DNA from: an uncultured Mollicutes bacterium
GTDB lineage: Bacteria > Bacillota_I > Bacilli_A > Acholeplasmatales > Anaeroplasmataceae
Assembly: GCA_947177025.1 (NCBI GenBank)
Contig: CAMWSQ010000001.1
Location: 1-45,917, forward strand
Reading direction: 5' to 3'
DNA: 45,917 nt
Position numbers and translations under genes: made by a program. Below, in pieces: positions 1-8,800 of the stretch. The notes under the pieces were generated by a model, which saw only the letters and a program-made list of their open reading frames with translations, ran no database searches and was not told where the DNA came from. Each line of letters opens with the position of its first letter. The stretch's first letter is position 1.

Positions 1-56
1 AAATCAAATATCACAGTGTGCATGCTTTCAACCTTTTTTCTTTTTACGTAAATATA

Positions 57-66
57 CCCCCCCCCC
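57..66. repeat. Homopolymeric C10 tract (G10 on the minus strand)
   Basis: Ten consecutive C residues read directly at 57..66 in an otherwise AT-rich intergenic region. It lies between a minus-strand promoter (171..199) and an ATG at position 23 that reads off the left edge. Confidence 0.9.
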
Positions 67-170
67 AGTATAATTACGCTTTAAAAATAATTAGCCACAA
101 AAGCTAAAGTTTTAAAGACTCTGAGAAGAGGCATGTTGAATGATTTAATTTTTTCTTATTTTATAGTTCT

Positions 171-199
171 ATTATACCACTCCTTGGTAGCGTTTTCAA
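171..199 (-). promoter_or_regulatory. SigA-type promoter reading toward the left window edge
   Basis: Minus strand reads TTGAAA (199..194), a 17-nt spacer, then TATAAT (176..171). A possible gene start (ATGCACACTGTG...) lies at position 23 and is preceded by AAAAGG. Confidence 0.45.
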
Positions 200-310
200 T
201 TCTATTCACAAATTTAAGCTTTCTCAGAAGAAAGAGAGTCCCCATTACCAGCAACATTAGCTGGTAATGAGAGCTAAAAAGGAGAAAGCTTAAAAAGAAA
301 TAAGCTCTTT

Positions 311-1810
311 TTATTGTCTGTCATACTTTTCGACATAGCCTTTAATTTTAGTGGCCAGTCGATCTGACAATTCATTTTTAAGAATTCGATAGCTCCAGTT
401 CTTTGTAGAAACTGTTGATGGTAAATTCATTCTTGAAGATTCATCTTGAACTAAAAAATCCTGCATAGGTATAATACATGTATTTGCCTTAGATGCAAAG
501 GCAAGCTCTACTACAGTTTCTGTTACTGCTTCATAGCTACTATCGTTGACCTCAACACCTAGTAATTTGCATTCTTCTTTCAAATCAGATAGATATACAT
601 CTAATTCATTTGGTTTTAAATCTAGAATATATTGATATAGTGGCATATTATCATGTGTACCAGTATATACAATAAAATTTTTCTTATAATTAGATGGCTT
701 ATGCTCGTTGTCTTTATTTCCATCAAAAGCAAATTCCAGTATCTTCATTCCTGGATATGTCGTTTGTTGTAATAATGTACGAACATCATCATTAATGAAG
801 CCTAAGTCCTCTGCAACAATTCGCAAATTCTTTTTATCCTCAAATAAGCTAATCTTAGGTCCATCTAGCCATTCACCAATTCTAGCATTCTTCATACCAT
901 AAGGAATCGCATAGAATTGTGCAAATCCTCTAAAATGATCTATACGCAAAATATCAAATAATTCAAATGCTTTTTGAATACGATTATTCCACCAAGCATA
1001 TTTTGTGTTCTTCATATACTGCCAATCATATACTGGATTTCCCCAAAGCTGTCCATCTTCTGTAAAGCAATCAGGTGGACATCCTGCAACAAGCTTTGGT
1101 TGCTTATCTTCAGTTAAAACGAACAATTCAGGATGCTTCCAAACCTCTACACTATCGTAAGCTACATATAATGGCATATCTCCCATAATGTCTATATTCT
1201 TATTCTTAGCATATTGATGAAGCTCATTCCATTCATCTAAAAACTCAAATTGAGTCCATACCCAAAATAAATAATCTTCTTTATATTGATTTATAATTTC
1301 ATTCTCTAATTCTAAGGAATAGGATTGATATTTTTTATCCCAAAGATTCCAAGGCTGATACTCATGCATTGCCTTAATTGTCATAAATAAAGCGAAATCC
1401 TTATACTCGCCTTTTTTTTCAAATTCTAAAAACCGATCATCATTCTTGTTGAATTTTTCAAAAGCATACCGTAGCACTTCAGTTTTTTCTGTAAATAATA
1501 AACTATAATTTACCTTACCAACAAAATCACTAAATTTTCGAGTTTCATAATCCTTCTTCTTTAGTAATCCTTTTTTATGTAAAATATCAAAATCAATCAT
1601 GTAATAATTCAAAGCTGTTGAAGAAACAGATTGATATGGAGAATCTCCATAATTTGTTGGAACGAGTGGTAAAACCTGCCATATTTTTAAACCCGCTTTT
1701 TCCATCCAATCGACAAATTCATAAGCAGTCGCTCCTAATGTGCCGACTCCGTGAGGAGATGGAAGGGAAGTGATATGTAGCAGAATGCCTGCATTTCGTT
1801 TAAAATCCAT
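311..1810 (-). CDS. malQ: 4-alpha-glucanotransferase (amylomaltase, GH77)
   Basis: N-terminus MDFKRNAGILLHITSLPSPHGVGTLG and the LRIDHFRGF catalytic-region motif are typical of MalQ. Length is 499 aa. A strong RBS AAAGGAGGAG lies upstream. Confidence 0.9.
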   Translation of the reverse strand: MDFKRNAGILLHITSLPSPHGVGTLGATAYEFVDWMEKAGLKIWQVLPLVPTNYGDSPYQSVSSTALNYYMIDFDILHKKGLLKKKDYETRKFSDFVGKVNYSLLFTEKTEVLRYAFEKFNKNDDRFLEFEKKGEYKDFALFMTIKAMHEYQPWNLWDKKYQSYSLELENEIINQYKEDYLFWVWTQFEFLDEWNELHQYAKNKNIDIMGDMPLYVAYDSVEVWKHPELFVLTEDKQPKLVAGCPPDCFTEDGQLWGNPVYDWQYMKNTKYAWWNNRIQKAFELFDILRIDHFRGFAQFYAIPYGMKNARIGEWLDGPKISLFEDKKNLRIVAEDLGFINDDVRTLLQQTTYPGMKILEFAFDGNKDNEHKPSNYKKNFIVYTGTHDNMPLYQYILDLKPNELDVYLSDLKEECKLLGVEVNDSSYEAVTETVVELAFASKANTCIIPMQDFLVQDESSRMNLPSTVSTKNWSYRILKNELSDRLATKIKGYVEKYDRQ

Positions 1811-1857
1811 AGCTACTCCTCCTTTTTATATGTAATTTTATCGCATACTATATATTT

Positions 1858-1886
1858 ATTGTAAAGCGTTTTCTTGATATATGCAA
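1858..1886 (-). promoter_or_regulatory. malQ promoter overlapped by repeated AAGCGTTTT operator-like motifs
   Basis: Minus strand reads TTGCAT (1886..1881), 17 nt, then TACAAT (1863..1858). TGTAAAGCGTTTTC (1860..1873) and TGCAAGCGTTTTTT (1882..1895) overlap the -10 and -35 boxes. Both resemble LacI/CcpA-type half sites. Confidence 0.5.
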
Positions 1887-1966
1887 GCGTTTTTTCTTTG
1901 AAATCGAAACTTTTCAAAAATAAAGATATTTTTTCGAAAAAATTTCGATACAATTACGAAAAAGAA

Positions 1967-1995
1967 TTGATATTTCAATATAATTGGGATATAAT
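1967..1995 (+). promoter_or_regulatory. Promoter of the LacI-family regulator gene
   Basis: TTGATA (1967..1972), a 17-nt spacer, TATAAT (1990..1995), then RBS AAAGAGGT and ATG at 2016. Confidence 0.6.
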
Positions 1996-2015
1996 CAAGT
2001 AAAAGAGGTATTCAT

Positions 2016-3017
2016 ATGAAAATAAAAGACATCGCAAAAGAACTTCATTTATCTGTTTCAACAGTATCAAAAGCCTTAAATGGCGCGTTTGATGTCTCAA
2101 AGGAAACAAAACAGATGGTTTTGGCTTACGCAAAGGAGCACGGATATAAATCAAGAGATGAACGATTGACTGCAAAAACACTACGAAGACTATGTTTTAT
2201 TTTTGATAACGTCAATTCAACGAATCAATCAAGTATTATTATGTCTCTAGGACTAGCCTTTTCATACTATGCAAGAAAAAATAATTTTGAAGTAATCCAA
2301 ACTCCTATAGAAAGCATTACTTCTTCCTATAATGACTTTATGAAGGAAAACAATTTTGATGGTGCTTTTATTGCGGGATTAAATTATAAGAGCCCTCTTC
2401 TTATGGAATTGAAGAATGCAGCTTACCCTACTGTGCTTTATGACAACATAATGCTTGGAGATATGATTGCAACGATTCATAACGAAAATATAAATACAAT
2501 TGCCAAAGTAATTGAATTGTTAAAGCAGCAAGGTCATACAAAAATTGGTTTTATTCACGGAGATAAAAACTCTTTTGTAAGCAATGAGCGATTTGCTGGA
2601 TATATTATTGGTCAAGTAATGAATGACATGGAGTATCACCCAGAATATGTATATTTTGGAGAATTTACAGAACAATCAGGTCTTGAGGCAGCATCTTATT
2701 TTATGCACACAGATATTACCGCTATTGTTTGTGCAAGTGATTTGATTGCGATTGGATTAATTCGTGGTTTAGAAGCAAATGGCATTAAAGTGCCTGAGGA
2801 TATTTCTGTTACAGGATATGATGATTTAGATATTTCAAAATATGTTAAGCCAGCACTAACTACAATTCGACAAGACTTAGATTTAATAGGTGAAAAAGCA
2901 TTTGTTCTTTTAACAAATATTTTAATGAATCGTTCTAGTCAAAGAATTGTCATCAGTGGTGAACTAATGGTTCGGGATTCAATAGCACCAATGAAACCTA
3001 GAAACAAAAAACAATAG
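2016..3017 (+). CDS. LacI-family transcriptional regulator; likely maltodextrin regulator given its divergence from malQ
   Basis: N-terminal HTH MKIKDIAKELHLSVSTVSKALNG, followed by a periplasmic-binding-protein-like sugar-binding body (GYDD near the C-terminus). Confidence 0.9.
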   Translation: MKIKDIAKELHLSVSTVSKALNGAFDVSKETKQMVLAYAKEHGYKSRDERLTAKTLRRLCFIFDNVNSTNQSSIIMSLGLAFSYYARKNNFEVIQTPIESITSSYNDFMKENNFDGAFIAGLNYKSPLLMELKNAAYPTVLYDNIMLGDMIATIHNENINTIAKVIELLKQQGHTKIGFIHGDKNSFVSNERFAGYIIGQVMNDMEYHPEYVYFGEFTEQSGLEAASYFMHTDITAIVCASDLIAIGLIRGLEANGIKVPEDISVTGYDDLDISKYVKPALTTIRQDLDLIGEKAFVLLTNILMNRSSQRIVISGELMVRDSIAPMKPRNKKQ

Positions 3018-3045
3018 ATCGAGTATAAACCTCGATCTTTTTTTA
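3016..3045. terminator. Bidirectional intrinsic terminator between the convergent LacI gene and glmM
   Basis: Stem AGATCGAG (3016..3023) pairs with CTCGATCT (3031..3038) around a 7-nt loop, followed by a T-run. Confidence 0.7.
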
Positions 3046-3060
3046 TACGTAAATGTAAAG

Positions 3061-4377
3061 CTATATTTTGCTATTTTGCTGTCCCGAGGAATCTAGGGAA
3101 CGAATCATTTGAATGATTTTATCTTTGTAATGATTGACAAGTTCTTTCGTTTTTGCCATTACACTTACTCGTATACAATCCTCTGTGCCAGACGGTCTAA
3201 CAATAATTTTACAATCTTGATGTAGTTCTTCTTTTATATCCTCTATCTGATTTTGTAATGGAAGCCCCATTACTTTTTCTTTATTCTCTACAATGACATT
3301 TTGAAGAACATCTGGATAAAGCTGTATATCCTTTATCCAATCTTCTATTGATGTTTTAGTTTCCTCTAAAACACGTATCAATTCTAATGCAACTAGAATC
3401 CCATCTCCTGTAGAAGATAAATGAGATAATATAATATGGCCGCTATTTTCTCCACCCAATAATAAATCATTGGTATGAATTGCATCAGCAATATTTTTAT
3501 CTCCTACCCTAGTTTCTATAACCTCTATTCCTTTTTGTTTTAAGCTTTGAATAATGCCTAAATTGCTCATAATTGTGAGCGCGATTTTATGATTCTTCAA
3601 CACCTTATTTTTTTCATAATGACAAGCAAGTAAATAAATAATACAATCTCCATCGACTACATTTCCTGATTTATCTACACAGAGAATGCGATCTCCATCT
3701 CCATCAAATGCAATTCCTAAATCGCATTTTTCTGTTACTACAGTCTGAGATAAGGCTTCTAAATGGGTCGACCCACAATTCTTATTTATGTTGTATCCAT
3801 CTGGTTCATTTCCGATAAGAATGCAATGATTGCTAACCAAAGGAAAAATCAAAGATGCTGTTTGATAGGTTGCACCATTCGCACAATCTACGGCAATCTT
3901 TAAATCTGTAGGTGTAATTGCTGTAAAAAGCTTTTTATGGTATTCCTTTAAATAATGCTCTGTATAATTCAAATTGCCGATTTCTCCAAAATAAGAAATG
4001 GGTTGGTCTATCAATTTCTCGATTGCTTCTTCCTCCTGTAAGGATAGCTTTTGTCCCTGATTGATAATTTTAATTCCATTATACTGATAAGGATTATGAG
4101 AAGCTGTAATCATAATTCCAATTGTTTTTTTGATTTTAGATAAATAAATAATTCCTGGTGTAGTAATCACACCCACATAATCTACATGTATTCCAACAGA
4201 CAGACACCCTGCAATAATTGCTGAGGCTAGCATATCCTTAGATGCGCGTGTATCTGTACCTAAAATAACTCTTGTATTATTCAATGAATATAATGCTTTT
4301 CCAATTTTAACGCATTCTTCAACTGTAATACTTTGATTGGGTATTCCTCTTATTCCATCTGTTCCAAAATACTTCAT
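3061..4377 (-). CDS. glmM: Phosphoglucosamine mutase
   Basis: MKYFGTDGIRG start, phosphoserine-loop TASHNP, metal-site DGDGDR and sugar-loop GENSGH. The gene overlaps the end of glmU by 4 nt. Confidence 0.8.
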   Translation of the reverse strand: MKYFGTDGIRGIPNQSITVEECVKIGKALYSLNNTRVILGTDTRASKDMLASAIIAGCLSVGIHVDYVGVITTPGIIYLSKIKKTIGIMITASHNPYQYNGIKIINQGQKLSLQEEEAIEKLIDQPISYFGEIGNLNYTEHYLKEYHKKLFTAITPTDLKIAVDCANGATYQTASLIFPLVSNHCILIGNEPDGYNINKNCGSTHLEALSQTVVTEKCDLGIAFDGDGDRILCVDKSGNVVDGDCIIYLLACHYEKNKVLKNHKIALTIMSNLGIIQSLKQKGIEVIETRVGDKNIADAIHTNDLLLGGENSGHIILSHLSSTGDGILVALELIRVLEETKTSIEDWIKDIQLYPDVLQNVIVENKEKVMGLPLQNQIEDIKEELHQDCKIIVRPSGTEDCIRVSVMAKTKELVNHYKDKIIQMIRSLDSSGQQNSKI

Positions 4378-5741
4378 TCCTCATCAACCCTTTTGTAATG
4401 AAATTTATTTGCATACTCGGATTTGGTAATTTGCTTAGCTCTTGCGATAGCAAAATCACCAACTGCAAGATCTTTTGTTATTGTAGAACCAGCAGCAATA
4501 TAGCTGTTGCTTGCAATTTCTATTGGAGCAATCAAATTAGAATTGCATCCAATAAAAACATTGCTGCCAATTTTAGTTTTATGCTTATTCACTCCATCAT
4601 AATTAACTGTCACTATGCCACAGCCGAAGTTCACTCCGCTTCCACATTCTGTATCTCCTATATAGGCAAGATGACTAGCATAGGTTTTAAAGCCTGTTGT
4701 TGTATTCTTTATTTCCACAAAATTTCCTATGCGATTATTCTCTCCTATATTAGAGTCATTTCTAATATGTGCAAATGGGCCAATCGTACTATTCTTATGA
4801 ATTGTGGATTTCTCAATTACACTATGCGCAACAACAACATCCTCATAAATAATAGAATCTACAATTTCTGTGTTTGGTCCTACAGTTACTCCAGAATATA
4901 GAACACTTTTTCCTGTAATCACTGAACCAACTCGAACAAAAACTTCTCCCACAAACTCAACGTTAGGACCTATAGTAACAGAATCTATATTTTCAAAACG
5001 AACTCCTGCCTGAATATGCTTATTTATAATTCGAACTTGGTATTCTTTTTCTAATCGAATTAATGTAGGCAGATCATTAATTCCTTGAGCTTGAAAAACA
5101 TCTTCAATTTCATAACTACCCACATTGAATTTGTTGGAAATAAGTTCGACTAAATCTGTTAAATAAAATTCATGCTGTGCATTATCATTTTGAATCAAAG
5201 AGATGTATTCTTTTAAAATTCTTGTTCGTATACACATCACTCCACAATATACTTCTTGAATTTTCTTTTCTTCTTCACTCGCATCCTTTTCTTCTACAAT
5301 ACGAATAATTCTATTTTTTTCTCTTACTACTCTACCATATCCCTTTGGCAAAGAAACTCGAATTGTACCGATAGTAAGAACATTTTTATTTTCTCTATGA
5401 AGACTCATCATTTCATTAATTGTTTTTGTTTCTAAAAAGGGCACATCCCCTGGAATGATTAATGTATCTCCTTCATCATTTGAAATAGATTGTAGGGCTG
5501 TTTTGACAGCATCTGCAGTCCCTAATGGTTTTTCTTGAATGACTGAACCTATTCCATCTGGCAAGTGAAATTGATTATGATGGTTACCTAATACACAGAT
5601 AATCTGATTGATATTTGTTTTTTGAATTGCCTCAAGAATATAGTTTATCATTGGCTTTCCTAAAATAGGTACTGCACATTTAGCAGTTTTTGAATGCATT
5701 CTACTTCCTTTACCACCAGCTAATATTATTCCATAATTCAC
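4374..5741 (-). CDS. glmU: Bifunctional UDP-GlcNAc pyrophosphorylase / GlcN-1-P acetyltransferase
   Basis: N-terminal ILAGGKGSRM nucleotidyltransferase loop plus a C-terminal left-handed beta-helix hexapeptide region. The start codon is GTG (reverse complement of cac at 5739..5741), with a GAGGGGA RBS upstream. Confidence 0.9.
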   Translation of the reverse strand: MNYGIILAGGKGSRMHSKTAKCAVPILGKPMINYILEAIQKTNINQIICVLGNHHNQFHLPDGIGSVIQEKPLGTADAVKTALQSISNDEGDTLIIPGDVPFLETKTINEMMSLHRENKNVLTIGTIRVSLPKGYGRVVREKNRIIRIVEEKDASEEEKKIQEVYCGVMCIRTRILKEYISLIQNDNAQHEFYLTDLVELISNKFNVGSYEIEDVFQAQGINDLPTLIRLEKEYQVRIINKHIQAGVRFENIDSVTIGPNVEFVGEVFVRVGSVITGKSVLYSGVTVGPNTEIVDSIIYEDVVVAHSVIEKSTIHKNSTIGPFAHIRNDSNIGENNRIGNFVEIKNTTTGFKTYASHLAYIGDTECGSGVNFGCGIVTVNYDGVNKHKTKIGSNVFIGCNSNLIAPIEIASNSYIAAGSTITKDLAVGDFAIARAKQITKSEYANKFHYKRVDEE

Positions 5742-5834
5742 AAATATCCCCTCATACTATTAAATGCTTTCTAATAAAAACATAGAACGTTTCTATTATT
5801 TTTAGTTTTACTCTACCATTATCAATCAAAAGAA

Positions 5835-5869
5835 AAAAGCTATGATTTCTTTAAAATATCATAGCTTTT
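5835..5869 (-). terminator. Intrinsic terminator after the giant lipoprotein gene
   Basis: 12-bp stem AAAAGCTATGAT / ATCATAGCTTTT, followed on the minus strand by TTTTTTCTTTTG. Confidence 0.65.
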
Positions 5870-5889
5870 CTTATTAATTTTAGAACAAT

Positions 5890-8800
5890 TTAGGCATCAT
5901 ATTTTAATGAACCATAACCATAAATTTCTAAACTTTCAATTGTAATATATTTGTTACTTCCTTTTGTACATGTACCTTCAATCTTAATATATACATCACC
6001 AGCGATATATGCCTCTGAAGAAGTTATCGTATGCTCAACTGACGTTTTGTTTGATCCATTTGTCTGTGGTGAACCAAATTGTGTCCAATTGATTCCGTCT
6101 GTAGAATAATATACAGTAATGTTTGAAGTTCCCTTGTCCTCAACTGTAAAGGCGATATCAATCTTACTTAAATTTGTTACCTTAAACTTAGAAACAAGGA
6201 TTGTTGGAGAATCATTTTTTACTGTCGTACTACCGCTTGCAGAGCCTGTGTTCGCATTAGTATATGTGAATTCTTTATCAGCAAATGTTTTGCTTGAACT
6301 ACTCCAAATACTTCTTTCTTCAGCAACAGAATTTAATTCTTCTAATGCAGCTTGTAATTTCGCATAATTGCTAACTTGTGATTTTTCTGCTGTTGTTAAA
6401 CCGTCATAAGCATCTTGTGCTGCATATATTGCATCAGAAGCATTAACATCAATTGTTGCTGGAATTGCATCAATTAATAATTTTACATAAGTAACACGGA
6501 TATTAGATATTGTATCTGTATCATCAATTAATAACTTTTGTTCCTCAGTAAGTTCATTATAAGCCTCTACTACAGCTTGACAAGAAGCAATGTCTGTTAA
6601 ATCCACTTCATTTATCAATGTTGTCACATGATCAATAGCTTCTAAGTTAGCATATGCTGCCTCAGCATCAAATAGCTTTTGTCTATTCGTAATCTTAGCT
6701 TTGTCTGTTGTAGATAGAGCATTGTACTCATTTCTTGCTGCTGTGATTGCTGCTCTTGATTCTAATGTAACATCACCGATTGCATCAATCTTAGCAATAC
6801 ATGAATCAATTGCATATGTAGCAAATGCTGCTTCTGCAGCAGTTAGTGTACTTAAGTTGCTAACCTTTACAGAACTATCTGTCTTAGTAAGTGTGTTATA
6901 TGCTGCTCTTGCAGAGGATATTGCACTACCGCTATTTGCATCCACTGTACCGATTGCATTAATCAATCCTTCAACATAAGTAACACCTGCTGCTAAATAA
7001 TTTGAATATGCAGTTGTTACCTTAGCATAAGATGCGCTTACTCTAGTCTTTAATTCAGGACTTAAATTCTTATATGCTTCTTTTGCAGCATTAATTGCAT
7101 TTAAGCATGCATCAGTATATGTAATACTTGCTGGAATTGCATTAACTTTTGCTTCAAATTGAGCAATCATTTGTTGATTTAATTCTTCTGAATTATATTC
7201 TTCAAATGAAATAGAGTTAATTGTTAAATCCTTGAATGTACCCATTGTAACTGCTTTAGCATCTCCTGGTTGGAAGTTAACAGGTTGAACCATATATGTT
7301 CCTGCTGTTAATACAACTGAACCATTGCCCTCTAGCATAGCAACACCTGCTTCATTACAAAGTACAGCATCTTCATTACAATTTAATGTTACTGTTGCTG
7401 CTCTATCTAGACTAAATGCATAAACCTTCTTATTCATTTTTCCTGGAGTAAGAGAACTTGGATATGTTGTAATGTTGTTTACTGTTGTTCCAGAAGGTAA
7501 CAATGAAATATCACTCATAGTTATATCTGTCATTGCTACTGGATGATCCTTAGAAACACCCACCTTAGAAGCAATTGCTTTTCTAGCAAGAGTAACATCT
7601 GTTTGCAATACATAATCTCCTGTAGGAATATAGGATTGTGCAGGATTTGTATCAAATGAACTATAATTAATACCTGCAGAACTGAATTGACAGTTATTTG
7701 AAACTGTTTGAGACTTATCAGTTACAACTGTAGCTAAAGAACCCTTATTGGATAAGTAACTTGCAACAGAATCCTTGTAGCTCTTAATTGCGCCACTTTC
7801 AACTGCAGTTGGGCTCTTACACATATAGAACATATTATATTCTGAGAAAATATAAGAGTTAGCACGTGTATTCATCGCATAATCGGTTTGACCAATAAAT
7901 GCGTTGTTATACATATGAATATTTGCATTACGAGCAAGAGGTCCTCTGGCCTTACATAAATACCATAAGTTATGATGGTAAGTTAAATTAAATTGTAAAG
8001 ATGAGTCAGAAGAACCAACTAAATTTGTCTTATGGCAACCCTCAAAATAGTTATAGCTTACTGTTAAATATTGACCTCTCTTGAAGTCACAAGAACCATC
8101 ACCCTCAGATTTATCACTTTCAGCAGGGCTAGTAATACTAGGACCATAGAATTCATTATTATGAATCCAACATCTTTCTACACTTGCTGTAAGAATTGAA
8201 TTTGTATTTGCAGATGCTTGAACACCTTCCATACCAATAGCATCTTCTGGTGTATTGATGAAGGTTAAATTTCTAACCTCGAAGCTCTTACCTAAATCTG
8301 GAGCAGAGCTTTCAGCCATATAATGGAATCCCCATCCATCAATAACAGCATCTTCTCCTACACCTTCTAAAGTAACATCTTTACCTGATTTCATACGAGC
8401 CATATGTCCATTATCGCCTACTGTTCCACCATGGCCTGTAGAATCATAAATTGTTAAACCATCAATCTTTGGAGTGGCAGATGCATTAAATGTTCCCTTC
8501 TTATATAAACCTGTATTAGATACACAACCAACAAATCTTACTACTAGTGGAATATCATTCTCTGCTAACAAGCGGATAATACCTTGGTTAGTATTTGGTG
8601 TACCACCATTGCTTGTTGCTCCACCACCTGTATCTTGACCTACAGAGTTCAAAATGTTACCAATACCTCTAACAGTAACACCCTTATAGGATAATTCTAT
8701 TGTATTCTTGTTTTCATCAGTTACCCAAAGAACGATAGCGTTCTTCTTTAATGAACCATCATCATTATAAGCACCAACACCATCTGTATAATTAAAGTGT

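Noticed and set aside
708-902. 64-aa plus-strand ORF inside malQ
   Set aside because: It is an antisense shadow of a well-supported GH77 gene.
1975-2181. 68-aa minus-strand ORF across the LacI gene start
   Set aside because: It overlaps the LacI promoter, RBS and HTH-coding region, and has no RBS of its own.
4398-4901. 167-aa plus-strand ORF
   Set aside because: It is antisense to the hexapeptide-repeat region of glmU. The Cys/Ile-rich translation has no motifs.
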